Below are positions 1 to 8,993 of a stretch of 64,000 bases of DNA, piece after piece; the stretch's first letter is position 1; each line of letters opens with the position of its first letter. This DNA comes from Terriglobia bacterium. Its GTDB lineage: Bacteria; Acidobacteriota; Terriglobia; 2-12-FULL-54-10. Made by a program: the position numbers and the translations under genes. The stretch is from assembly GCA_963666975.2 (NCBI GenBank), contig CAXVYR010000003.1:704001-768000 (forward strand), given 5' to 3'. The notes beneath the pieces are model-generated. The model was not told the origin of the DNA. It saw nothing but the letters and a program-made list of their open reading frames with translations, and searched no databases.

Positions 1-1864
1 TCAGTGAGCCGTTCTGTAGCTCCTGATCGCCCAGAACTAGCATGTATGGCACCTTTTGCAACTGTGCCTCCCGAATCTTCAAGTTGACCTTCTCGTTGCG
101 AAGGTCCGCCTCGGCGCGGATGCCTTCTTGCCGCAACCAGGAAACCACTTCCCTTCCCTGTTCCTGGTGCCGTTCGCTGATGGGCAACACACGGACCTGC
201 ACCGGGGCCAGCCAAACGGGAAAGGCGCCCGCGTAGTGCTCAATCAACACCCCGAAAAACCGCTCGATAGACCCCCACAGCGCGCGATGCACCATGACCG
301 GGCGGTGATGTTTGCCGTCCTCTCCCACGTAGGCCAGATCAAACCGCTCCGGCAGGGTGAAATCAAACTGCACGGTGCTCAACTGCCAGAGCCGCCCGAT
401 GGCATCCACGAGTTTTACGTCGATCTTCGGCCCATAAAAGGCGGCCTCACCGGGGATGGTGCGGGCCGGGACCTGGAGCTTTTCCAGCGCCCTGGAGAGC
501 GAGGTCTCGGCCAGCTTCCACTGCTCGGGAGTGCCTGCGTATTTTTCGCTGTTCTGCTCATCCCATGTGGATAGCTCCACCTTGTATTCCTGGAACCCGA
601 AGGTGCGGAGCACGTGCAAGGCAAACTCGACACAGCCGAGGATTTCCTCCTCCACCTGCTGTGGAGTGCAAAAGATATGGGCATCGTCCTGGGTAAACCC
701 CCGGACACGCAGCAGGCCGTGCATCACACCGGAGCGCTCATAGCGGTAAACCGTTCCCAGCTCTCCCATCCGGACGGGCAGGTCCCGGTAGCTGTGCATC
801 TTGTCCTTATAGATCAAAATATGGAAAGGACAGTTCATGGGCTTGAGCTGGTACTCCGCATCTTCCAGCTTCATGGGCGGGAACATGTTCTGGGAAAACC
901 ATTGGGCGTGCCCGCTGGTCTTCCACAGGTCCAGGCGGGCCACGTGCGGCGAATAGACCAGCGAATAGTCACGGCGCAAATATTCATCGCGCAGCCAGTC
1001 CTCCATCACCTTGCGGACCATCGCTCCCTTGGGGTGCCAGAAGATCAACCCGGCCCCGGCTTCCTCCTGCATGCTGAATAATTCCAGTTCCCTGCCCAGT
1101 TTGCGGTGATCCCGTTTTTTGGCCTCTTCCAATTGATTCAGGTATTGATCCAGATCCTTCTGGGAAAAGAAGCTGGTCCCGTAGATGCGCTGCATCGGCT
1201 GATTGTGCTCGTCGCCCTTCCAGTAAGCCCCGGCAACCGACAGCAGCTTGAAAGCCTTGACATACCCCGTGGAGGGAATGTGCGGTCCCCGGCAAAAATC
1301 AATAAACTGGGGTCCGAGCGTATAGCAGGAGAAAACGGATTCGGCTTTTTCCTGAATCAGCTCGCATTTCATCTGCTCGCCCATCTCCGCAAAGCGCTTC
1401 AGGCCTTCGTCGCGGGGAAACAGGACGCGCTCGTAAGGCAGGTTGAGCTTCACCAGCTCCTGCATCTTCTTTTCGATCTTTTCCAGGTCTTCCGGCGTAA
1501 AGGACTCTTCGCGATAAAAATCGTAGAAGAACCCGTTCTCCGTCGGCGGCCCCATGCCCAGACGGGTGCCGGGAAAAAGTTCCAGAACGGCGGCAGCCAG
1601 CAGGTGCGCGCTGGAATGGCGATAGACTTCGAGAGCTTCCTCATTCTTCGAGGTGAGAATCCGTAACGTCGTGTCCTTTTCGAGCGGACGGCTCAACTCC
1701 ACCAGCCCGCTTTCGATTTCACCCACCAAAGCATCCTTGGCCAGCCGGGGGCCAATCGACCGGGCCACCTCCAGGACGGTTGTGCCCTTCGGAAACTCTT
1801 TAGTGTTCCCGTCAGGAAAGGCCACTTTGATTGTCTCGTTTGTTACGGTCACTCCCGTCTCCAT
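1..1864 (-). CDS. thrS: Threonine--tRNA ligase, 3' end runs off the window
   Basis: Not in the ORF track because it has no stop. Manual translation gives N-terminal IKVAFPDG (TGS domain) and C-terminal RNEKVNLKIREAQLQKVPYMLVLGDQE, typical of the ThrRS anticodon-binding domain. Confidence 0.97.
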   Translation of the reverse strand, partial: METGVTVTNETIKVAFPDGNTKEFPKGTTVLEVARSIGPRLAKDALVGEIESGLVELSRPLEKDTTLRILTSKNEEALEVYRHSSAHLLAAAVLELFPGTRLGMGPPTENGFFYDFYREESFTPEDLEKIEKKMQELVKLNLPYERVLFPRDEGLKRFAEMGEQMKCELIQEKAESVFSCYTLGPQFIDFCRGPHIPSTGYVKAFKLLSVAGAYWKGDEHNQPMQRIYGTSFFSQKDLDQYLNQLEEAKKRDHRKLGRELELFSMQEEAGAGLIFWHPKGAMVRKVMEDWLRDEYLRRDYSLVYSPHVARLDLWKTSGHAQWFSQNMFPPMKLEDAEYQLKPMNCPFHILIYKDKMHSYRDLPVRMGELGTVYRYERSGVMHGLLRVRGFTQDDAHIFCTPQQVEEEILGCVEFALHVLRTFGFQEYKVELSTWDEQNSEKYAGTPEQWKLAETSLSRALEKLQVPARTIPGEAAFYGPKIDVKLVDAIGRLWQLSTVQFDFTLPERFDLAYVGEDGKHHRPVMVHRALWGSIERFFGVLIEHYAGAFPVWLAPVQVRVLPISERHQEQGREVVSWLRQEGIRAEADLRNEKVNLKIREAQLQKVPYMLVLGDQELQNGSL

Positions 1865-1866
1865 CC

Positions 1867-2004
1867 TAAGAGGTTGTTGAAAAACCGGTGTATGGGTCCG
1901 CTTGCTAACGCGCGCGGCTCGGCAAGTGCAGCCGCAATCAGCACGCCCATTCCGAGCCGCGACCGCGAGGGAGCGGACAAATGGCGTTTTTCAACAACCG
2001 GCTA
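1867..2004. mobile_element. MITE-like element with 14-bp terminal inverted repeats enclosing a REP-like doublet
   Basis: GGTTGTTGAAAAAC at the left end and GTTTTTCAACAACC at the right end, with TA flanks. Internal arms are CCGCTTGCTAACGCGCGCGGCTC and GAGCCGCGACCGCGAGGGAGCGG. A second copy lies at 63842-63949. Confidence 0.7.
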
Positions 2005-2151
2005 AAATCTTAGCCGCACTCCCCTGCGCAGGGAATTTATTAGTTTAAACTACAAATGCTTTTCTGTCCTCAATAAGCAGGTGATGCGGAAGGCTCCTCC
2101 GCGGCTTGCTTCCATCTTTTTAACCGCATTCAACGGTGGGAATCAAGCCAA

Positions 2152-2601
2152 CTAAAACGACTTGTTGCTGTCAATTAGGATGGTAACCGGACCGTCATTC
2201 ACCAGTTCTAATTCCATCATGACGCGGAAGACGCCGCTCTCCACCGGAAAGCCCCGGCCGCGAAGCGCCTTTAGAAAGTATTCGTAAAGCGGCTCAGCTT
2301 CTTCCGGTGTGGCTGCGCGGATATAACTCGGCCGACGGCCCCGCCGAACGTCTCCGTGCAGGGTGAATTGCGAGACGGACAGCACCGCTCCCTGCACTTC
2401 GCCGACCGAGAGGTTCATCTTGCCTTCCTGGTCCGTGAAGACCCGCAGGGAAGTCACTTTCTCCGCCAGGTAGTCGGCTGCCTCGCGCGTATCCCCTACG
2501 GCGATTCCCAGGAGCACGACCAGTCCCTTTTCAATTTGTCCGACTGTCTCCGCGTTCACCCGCACGGAGGCGCGGGAGACCCGCTGCACTACAGCCCGCA
2601 T
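2152..2601 (-). CDS. dtd: D-aminoacyl-tRNA deacylase
   Basis: MRAVVQRV start, SQFTL and NDGPVT motifs. Confidence 0.97.
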   Translation of the reverse strand: MRAVVQRVSRASVRVNAETVGQIEKGLVVLLGIAVGDTREAADYLAEKVTSLRVFTDQEGKMNLSVGEVQGAVLSVSQFTLHGDVRRGRRPSYIRAATPEEAEPLYEYFLKALRGRGFPVESGVFRVMMELELVNDGPVTILIDSNKSF

Positions 2602-2693
2602 CTTTTTTCCACTTCTCTTGTTTGCATTTTCTTGCGCCTTAGCTATCCTAACGGGTGCCCGAAACTAACCATCGCTAAAAAGGAGTTGCCCGC

Positions 2694-3191
2694 ATGCCGA
2701 TCAGCCCGGACCTGTTTCGCAAAGTGTTGGGCCATTTCGCCACGGGCGTGACGGTGGTGACCATGCGCCTGCCCGCCGGGCAACCCTGGGGATTTACGGT
2801 CAACTCCTTTACCTCGGTGAGCCTGACCCCGCCGCTGATCTTGGTGTGCGTGGACCACCGGGCGGAGAGCTTCCAGGCCATGAGTGAATCCGGGCATTTC
2901 GCGGTGAATCTGCTTACCCAGGAGCAGGAAGAAATTTCCAGCCGTTTCGCCTCAAAATTGCCTGACAGATTCAGCGGCGTTGTCTGCTCAGATGGCGTGC
3001 ACGGCTCCCCCCTGATTGCCGGGTGCCTGGGCTTTATCGAATGCAAAAAAGTAGCCTCGCATACCCATGGCGATCACGACATTATTATTGGAGAGGTGCT
3101 CGAAGCAGAAGCAGGCGGGGGCAATCCCTTGCTTTTTTACCGTGGCTCCTATGCCAAGATCAAGGCGTCCTTAAAAACCGCCAAGACTTAG
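2694..3191 (+). CDS. Flavin reductase family protein
   Basis: FATGVTVVT, NSFTSVSLTPPL and GDH motifs. Confidence 0.93.
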   Translation: MPISPDLFRKVLGHFATGVTVVTMRLPAGQPWGFTVNSFTSVSLTPPLILVCVDHRAESFQAMSESGHFAVNLLTQEQEEISSRFASKLPDRFSGVVCSDGVHGSPLIAGCLGFIECKKVASHTHGDHDIIIGEVLEAEAGGGNPLLFYRGSYAKIKASLKTAKT

Positions 3192-3232
3192 CATTTTGCC
3201 GCAACCCCCACCCGTTCTTTTATTTCACACTA

Positions 3233-3937
3233 TTATTTCACACTATCGGTTTCGCGCTGCAACCCATAATCGACGCCAAAGTGCTCCAGCACGAAATGCG
3301 CCAGAACATCGGCGTAGAACTGCTGGCTTTGCTGTCGCACGACGTGTTCCGGCTCTTCCGGCAAGACCAAGTGATGCAGCTCATGGAGAAACACGGACAG
3401 CAAGGCAAGTTGCAGGCGAAAGGAGGCCACCTCTTCCGTATCGGCCGCCGAGGGAAGCGCCAGGTGTGAGAGAGGAAGGGGCTGCCACTCGCGTATCGAC
3501 TCGAAGGCAAGGTCCATCTCCCCGGTCCGGACACCGCTTAGGTCGCGCAGCTTGCGAGTCAGCCTGCTCTCCGTACCCGGAGGGTGATGGTGACCCAGGC
3601 ATGTGCAGATATTTCTGCGACGCAGCTCCACGACAACCAGCGGCGGGATGTCGTCCAGGATCGCCTGATACCGCTGGCGGAAGCTATTCGGAAATGTGAG
3701 CCAGGTTTCTTCCAAAGACTCCCGCAGCCGTTCCATTCCCTCGCTCTCCCCTTTCCCGCAGGAAATCAGCACCAGCGGCAAATCCGCTGCGGGGCGGACT
3801 AAAATTTGTTCCGTGCCACGCAGCCACTGGTAGAAGCACATCAGCAATCCGGGTGCGTGAGCGCCGATTCGAGCCGTCTGGCGTCCTGAAGTAAGCATTC
3901 TTTTCTTTCCCGCCTCTTCTTGGCCGGGGTTCCCCAT
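3233..3937 (-). CDS. Hypothetical protein with HExxH (zincin-like) motif; start uncertain
   Basis: 234-aa ORF containing LHELHH and CTCLGHHH; same strand and downstream of the radical SAM gene. Confidence 0.6.
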   Translation of the reverse strand: MGNPGQEEAGKKRMLTSGRQTARIGAHAPGLLMCFYQWLRGTEQILVRPAADLPLVLISCGKGESEGMERLRESLEETWLTFPNSFRQRYQAILDDIPPLVVVELRRRNICTCLGHHHPPGTESRLTRKLRDLSGVRTGEMDLAFESIREWQPLPLSHLALPSAADTEEVASFRLQLALLSVFLHELHHLVLPEEPEHVVRQQSQQFYADVLAHFVLEHFGVDYGLQRETDSVK

Positions 3938-4000
3938 CCACTGTTTCTTCGGGAATATTAGACACCCATTTTTCTCCTGGACGCTGCAAATATTTTTGAG

Positions 4001-5047
4001 TTAACCGCAGTTGCCGGCGGTCGTTAGCCGGCTCGCTGGCCGGTTCCCTGCAAACAACTGCATTTGGGAAGCGGGAGCGAAGGCCTCGGCTGGATAATGG
4101 CGCGGCGGTCCGCTCAAGCGGTATTTCTTGCGGAGTTGGCTCACCATCTCTTGTATCTGTTCGCTGTAAACACCCCGGATATATGCACCCCGTGCATAGA
4201 GGCGGCGATATTTCTTCGTCAGATGGGGAAAATTCTGCTCCAGGAAGGGAAAAAAAGCTTTTTGAGCAGAGGGCATCAGGAATAATACGTTGGCGGCAAA
4301 ATAGCAGGCGCCCGCCAGCGAGGCCGCGCGCGCTACAGCCTCCAAATCCTGCGGCTCGTCGGTGATGGCGGGCAGGACAGGCATTGCGAACACGGTCACC
4401 TGCAGATCGGCGCGCGCTAATTCCGCTGCCGCCGACAGGCGCAGCGCCGGACAGGGAGCGCGCACCTCCAGACAGCGGGCCAGTTCGGCCCGAAGCGTTG
4501 TAACCGTCATGTTGATCCGCAAATGGTTGCTCACGGCGATTCGCCGCAGAAGGTCCACATCACGCCGAATCAAGTCCGACTTGGTTGTGATGGAGACCTG
4601 CAAGCCGCGGAACCCGGAGATTGTCTCCAGGATACGGCGGGTTGTTTGGAAGTGACGCTCGGCCGGCTGATAAGGATCGGTCGCTGTCCCGATCGCGATG
4701 GCGCCACCCGGGTCTTTGCCGAGTTCCTCCTGGAGAATCTGTCCGGCGCGCTCTTTGCTGTATATCTTTTCCTCAAACTGCTGCCAGTCGTTCATTCCCA
4801 TATATTCATGGGTGTAGCGTGCATAGCAGTACTTGCAGCCAAACTCGCATCCGCGATACGGGTTGATGGTCCAGGTAAAAGGCTGTTGAGGATTAGCGCA
4901 GCGGTTCAAGATGGATTTGGAAATCAGGCTGAAATATTCAACCTTGCGTTTGCGAGCCAAGGTTCGGCTCCTGGAGGCGATCTTGCCCAATCCAACAAGC
5001 GGTGGCGGAGCATTTTTTGCGGGCTTTGAATGGGTGAATAGTGGCAT
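4001..5047 (-). CDS. Radical SAM protein, spore photoproduct lyase (SPL)/Rv2578c-like family
   Basis: INPYRGCEFGCKYCYAR (CxxxCxxC), GTATDPYQPAE and ITTKS motifs. Confidence 0.92.
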   Translation of the reverse strand: MPLFTHSKPAKNAPPPLVGLGKIASRSRTLARKRKVEYFSLISKSILNRCANPQQPFTWTINPYRGCEFGCKYCYARYTHEYMGMNDWQQFEEKIYSKERAGQILQEELGKDPGGAIAIGTATDPYQPAERHFQTTRRILETISGFRGLQVSITTKSDLIRRDVDLLRRIAVSNHLRINMTVTTLRAELARCLEVRAPCPALRLSAAAELARADLQVTVFAMPVLPAITDEPQDLEAVARAASLAGACYFAANVLFLMPSAQKAFFPFLEQNFPHLTKKYRRLYARGAYIRGVYSEQIQEMVSQLRKKYRLSGPPRHYPAEAFAPASQMQLFAGNRPASRLTTAGNCG

Positions 5048-5052
5048 GACGC

Positions 5053-5081
5053 ATTTTCGCTTTTTGTTCTCCTACTGTCAA
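5053..5081 (-). promoter_or_regulatory. Sigma70 promoter overlapped by a putative LexA box
   Basis: Minus-strand TTGACA (5081-5076), 17-bp spacer, GAAAAT. TTTC-N7-GTTC at 5055-5069 resembles the GTTC-N7-GTTC LexA box. Confidence 0.6.
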
Positions 5082-5103
5082 GCACAATTTCCGCGATCGC
5101 GGA

Positions 5104-5205
5104 GCGCGGCAAATGGTACAGGTCTGTTGGAGGGACAAATGGAATCCGAGCCGCGACAGTAATGGAGCGGTCAATTCGGCGCGGGAAATGGTACAGGCCG
5201 GTTGG
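5104..5205 (+). repeat. 27-bp imperfect direct repeat, 2 copies 75 bp apart
   Basis: GCGCGGCAAATGGTACAGGTCTGTTGG (5104-5130) and GCGCGGGAAATGGTACAGGCCGGTTGG (5179-5205). Confidence 0.75.
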
Positions 5206-5391
5206 CGGGTGGAGTTTTCCGCCTCTCCGGGAGTTCCAGGGGGGGCTGGAACGGTCTATAGCAATTGTGAAACTGGTGGTTTAGCGAAGGCGAGACGAGT
5301 CCCCGAAATTGGCACAAACAGGAAAGTTTGTTCTCTTCTCTTCTCTTCTCCTGCGCGAATTGAGTTTTCAATAAGTTAGGATGACTTCCCA

Positions 5392-5408
5392 TTGGTAGGG
5401 AAATTGCT
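5392..5408 (+). promoter_or_regulatory. Putative sigma54 promoter of the PEP-CTERM gene
   Basis: TTGGTAGGGAAATTGCT = GG-N10-GC; IHF-like TTTCAATAAGTTA at about 5366-5378. Confidence 0.5.
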
Positions 5409-5466
5409 AATGCAATGCTCAGAAGCGGAAGTGGTTGTGTATCTTTTCAAATGGAGGACAGGCCCA

Positions 5467-6134
5467 TGATCCGGCGAACGGTTCGTTCTCTCTTCTTCCT
5501 GGTTTTCCTGGCGATTCCCGCTGTGGCGGTGGCCGATCCGATTACTTTTCTCTTTACGGGGAATGTAAACTTTGTGGACCCGCTCTTGGCTGGAACGTTT
5601 AACACGAGCCAAACCTTGGCGGGTTCCTATACGTTCGAGTCCACCCTTGCAGATACAGCACCGGCGGATCCTACAGTTGGATTTTACGGGCCGCTGACCG
5701 CACTCGACATTACAATTGGCGGCTACACGGCGGGGGTTGCTGACTTCAACAACATCGTGGTAAACAATGATGTTTTGGGATCGGACGGCTACAAGGTAAG
5801 TGGGCTTTGGGGTCCGTTCATCGGGATGGGGACAGGGCCCAGTGTGGCTGGGATCCCCCTAAACTTTTTTCAACTCAGTCTTGGGGATTTCACACAGACT
5901 GCATTTGACAGTGATGGTTTGCCTGTTATTCCTCCGGATCTATCGCGCTTTGGGACCAATGAGTGGCGGCTTACATTCCAAGCTGATTCTGCTGGTCCCG
6001 TGGCTCAGCTACGGGGGCAAATCACGTCCCTTGTACCCGTCCCGGAACCGGCCACGTTGTTTCTTTTGGGCTCCGGCTTGGCAGGCCTGGCGGGCTACGG
6101 AAGAAAGAAGCTTCGCCGAAAATCCTCTTCGTAG
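5467..6134 (+). CDS. PEP-CTERM sorting domain surface protein
   Basis: N-terminal signal peptide (...AVAVA/DPITF) and C-terminal VPEPATLFLLGSGLAGLAGYGRKKLRRK. Confidence 0.92.
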
Positions 6135-6191
6135 AACGCCGCCAGGGTTTTCCTAGACTGTTTTCAGATTTGGTGTAGAGCGATATGATCT

Positions 6192-6370
6192 CGTCAGAGC
6201 ACGGCTTCAGCCGTGCCGACGAAGCAGAAAGGAAAGACGGCTTTAGCCGCTGAGGTGAGTGGTTTTGGTTTTCCGTCTACGGTCGATTTCAATTGGACAA
6301 ACCACCTCAGGGGCTAAAGCCCTGGATATCGGAGACGCGATATCGGCATGGATGAAGCCATGCCCTTACG
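6192..6370. repeat. REP/REPIN-like nested palindromic element
   Basis: Outer arms GTCAGAGCACGGCTTCAGCCGTGCCG and CGGCATGGATGAAGCCATGCCCTTAC; inner arms GGCTTTAGCCGCTGAGGT and ACCTCAGGGGCTAAAGCC; lies between convergent genes. Confidence 0.75.
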
Positions 6371-6427
6371 GAGCATAGCAGCCCCCGATTGAAGGCCGCA
6401 TGTGTTACAAATAGCCGAACCTACTCC

Positions 6428-7456
6428 TCACTGATTCACCGCCCGCTCGCTCCGGTGGGGCTGCCGATCGTCGTACTTGCCGAAGATCATCTTCCCGGCG
6501 GTGGTCTGCAAGACGCTGGTGACGGCAATGTCGATGGTCTTGGAGATCATCTTTTTGGCATTATCGACCACCACCATGGTGCCGTCGTCCAAGTAGGCCA
6601 CACCCTGGTTGTACTCCTTCCCTTCCTTCAGGATGAAGACCCGCATGGCCTCTCCGGGCAGCACGATGGGTTTCAGAGCATTAGCCAGCTCGTTGATGTT
6701 GAGCACATCAACACCCTGCAACTGGGCAATTTTGTTCAGGTTGAAGTCATTGGTGACGATCTTCGCTTCGTAGACCTTGGCCAGCTCGATCAGCTTCATG
6801 TCTACTTCGCGGACGTGAGGGAAGTCCTGGTCCACGATTTGGACACTCAGAGAGGCCATCTTTTGGATTTTCTGCAGGATGTCCAAGCCCCGGCGTCCCC
6901 GGTTGCGCTTGAGCGAGTCGGCCGAATCGGCCACCTGTTGCAGTTCCCGGAGGACGAACTGCGGGATCACCAGTATCCCGTCCAGGAAGCCCGTGGCACA
7001 GATGTCGGAGATGCGGCCGTCAATGATGACGCTGGTATCCAGAATTCGATACGCCCGCTTGCTCGACTTTTCGCTCCCGAAAATTCCTCCGAGCGCCGCC
7101 AAGTTCAGCATATCTCCCTTGGAAGCGCCCACCACCAAGCCGATATAAGTCATCCACAGCAGTAATAGAACCTGCAGAAATGAAAGAGTATTTTGATTTT
7201 GGGGAGTGGTTAATTGACCCAGCACCAGGGTCATTAAATAAGCGCCGATGATACCCAAAATCGAACCTACGGCAGCGCCGATCAGCCGCTTCAGGCTGAC
7301 GCGGTTCAGCCGCATTTCGAACAGCAGGATCGCAGCGCCGATGCCCAGCCCAGCCAGGCCGGCTATCTGCTGCTCCATGCCGAAGGGCCGTAAGTAGTAC
7401 GATACAAAAAACAGGATTACTAAAAACAGGAGTCGCACTATGACCCAATCCAACAC
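6428..7456 (-). CDS. PIN/TRAM domain membrane protein (YacL family)
   Basis: N-terminal transmembrane helices, LDTSVIIDGRI, VTNDFNLNK and QGVAYLDDGTMVVV. Confidence 0.95.
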   Translation of the reverse strand: MLDWVIVRLLFLVILFFVSYYLRPFGMEQQIAGLAGLGIGAAILLFEMRLNRVSLKRLIGAAVGSILGIIGAYLMTLVLGQLTTPQNQNTLSFLQVLLLLWMTYIGLVVGASKGDMLNLAALGGIFGSEKSSKRAYRILDTSVIIDGRISDICATGFLDGILVIPQFVLRELQQVADSADSLKRNRGRRGLDILQKIQKMASLSVQIVDQDFPHVREVDMKLIELAKVYEAKIVTNDFNLNKIAQLQGVDVLNINELANALKPIVLPGEAMRVFILKEGKEYNQGVAYLDDGTMVVVDNAKKMISKTIDIAVTSVLQTTAGKMIFGKYDDRQPHRSERAVNQ

Positions 7457-7793
7457 CGGACGTCACCTCCTTTCGGATAAAGGAACCCACGCTCCCGGAG
7501 ACCGGACTGAGCAAATGTGAATGAATGAATTGCCTCATCGGGTGCGTTTCCTTGGGTGCGTTTCATTGTCAGGCAAGGAAATATAAATCTGCTGCCGGTG
7601 CCCGCCATAAATCATGCCCTGCTCACAGTCCCGGCGACAGAAAGGGAACCTCACCATAGAACCGCCGGCACGAGTGTAGCACAGTCACGAAATCGTGAAA
7701 ACGGCAAACCCGGATAGCCTTCCATAGGAACAAACAGTCCCAGGAGCGGACGTTCAAAAGGCATGTTTCAGGAAGTCAAAGTCAGGGAAGATA

Positions 7794-8924
7794 TCAGCGG
7801 CGAACGCGCTTGCTGATTCCGCAGAAAATTTCATAGGCGATGGTTCCGGCCATTTCCGCCATATCCAAAGCCGTCAGCGAACACGAGCCCTTGCTCCCAA
7901 TCAGAATGACCTCTTCGCCTACCGCGACCTGCGGAATTTCGGTGACATCCAGCAGGGTCAGGTCCATGCTGATATTCCCGACGATGGGAGCGTATTTCCC
8001 GCAAAGGATTGCCTTCCCCTTGCCGGAAAGGCGCCGGTCCAATCCGTCGGCATAACCGGCCGGGATGGCGGCAATGCGGGAAAGGCGGGGTGTTACGTAA
8101 CGCCCCCCGTATCCCAGCGGAATGCCAGCCGGCACCTGCTTTACGGCGATTACGCGCGTCTTGAAAGTGAGAATTCCCTGGACGGGCAGAGAGCGGCAGC
8201 CAGGCTCCGGAGAGCCTTCCTTCGCGCGCACCGGAGGATGATAACCATAGAGCAACCCGCCGGGACGCACCATGTCATCCCAAGTTTCCGGACGGCTCAC
8301 AATGGCGGCGCTGTTGGCCTGGTGACAATACCGGGGACGAACCCCCGCGCGTGCCAGCGATTGCTTCACGGATTGAAACCGTTCGATCTGTTCTTCGGTC
8401 TGACGCGTCGTAAAGTCCTCCGCCGCCGCGAATTGCGTGAACAACCCTTCCAGTTCCACATGCTTCATCCGGCGGTGCACCCCTAAAAACGGTTCCACCT
8501 CCTGCCAGTGAATCCCCAGCCTGCCCATGCCGGTGTTGACCTTGAGGTGAAAAGGAATTGGTTTTCCGGTGTGCTGGCCCCAGGCTTCCAGCGCCCCCAA
8601 CTGGTCCTCCGAGTAAATGGCAGGAACCAAGTTATGATCGGTCAGCGCACGCTGCTCTCCCTCCCAGAAACCCGTCAGCAGGAGAATCGGCTGGGAAATT
8701 CCCAGGTCTCTCAATTCCACCCCTTCGTCGACCGAGGTGACGCCAAACCGGTCCACTCCCAGTCCGGCCAGGGGGACGGCGACTTCCTTCAATCCGTGGC
8801 CATAAGCGTCGGCCTTGACGACCGCCATGATCTCGCGTTGCGGCCCCACGTGCTGGCGGATGATCCGGTAATTTTCAGCAAGTTGTGAACGGGAAATTTC
8901 AACCCAGGTAGGTCGGGTGGACAT
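7794..8924 (-). CDS. alr: Alanine racemase
   Basis: AVVKADAYGHG PLP-lysine motif, GYADG and SMDL. Confidence 0.97.
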   Translation of the reverse strand: MSTRPTWVEISRSQLAENYRIIRQHVGPQREIMAVVKADAYGHGLKEVAVPLAGLGVDRFGVTSVDEGVELRDLGISQPILLLTGFWEGEQRALTDHNLVPAIYSEDQLGALEAWGQHTGKPIPFHLKVNTGMGRLGIHWQEVEPFLGVHRRMKHVELEGLFTQFAAAEDFTTRQTEEQIERFQSVKQSLARAGVRPRYCHQANSAAIVSRPETWDDMVRPGGLLYGYHPPVRAKEGSPEPGCRSLPVQGILTFKTRVIAVKQVPAGIPLGYGGRYVTPRLSRIAAIPAGYADGLDRRLSGKGKAILCGKYAPIVGNISMDLTLLDVTEIPQVAVGEEVILIGSKGSCSLTALDMAEMAGTIAYEIFCGISKRVRR

Positions 8925-8993
8925 CTATGGTTTCCTGTGACCAGCCACAAACAGCGCAGCCCACGCCTGCGCGCAGAGCCTTGAAGCCATTTT

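Noticed and set aside
42-1880. Plus-strand ORFs of 64-186 aa
   Set aside because: Antisense shadows of thrS, which the ORF track missed because it has no stop inside the window.
2005-2150. Possible T-box or tRNA upstream of thrS
   Set aside because: No T-box AGGGTGGNACCGCG consensus and no cloverleaf found.
5104-5205. Repeat pairs here and at 21238-21355 considered as mini-CRISPR arrays
   Set aside because: Only two copies each, no cas genes, and one pair lies inside a CDS.
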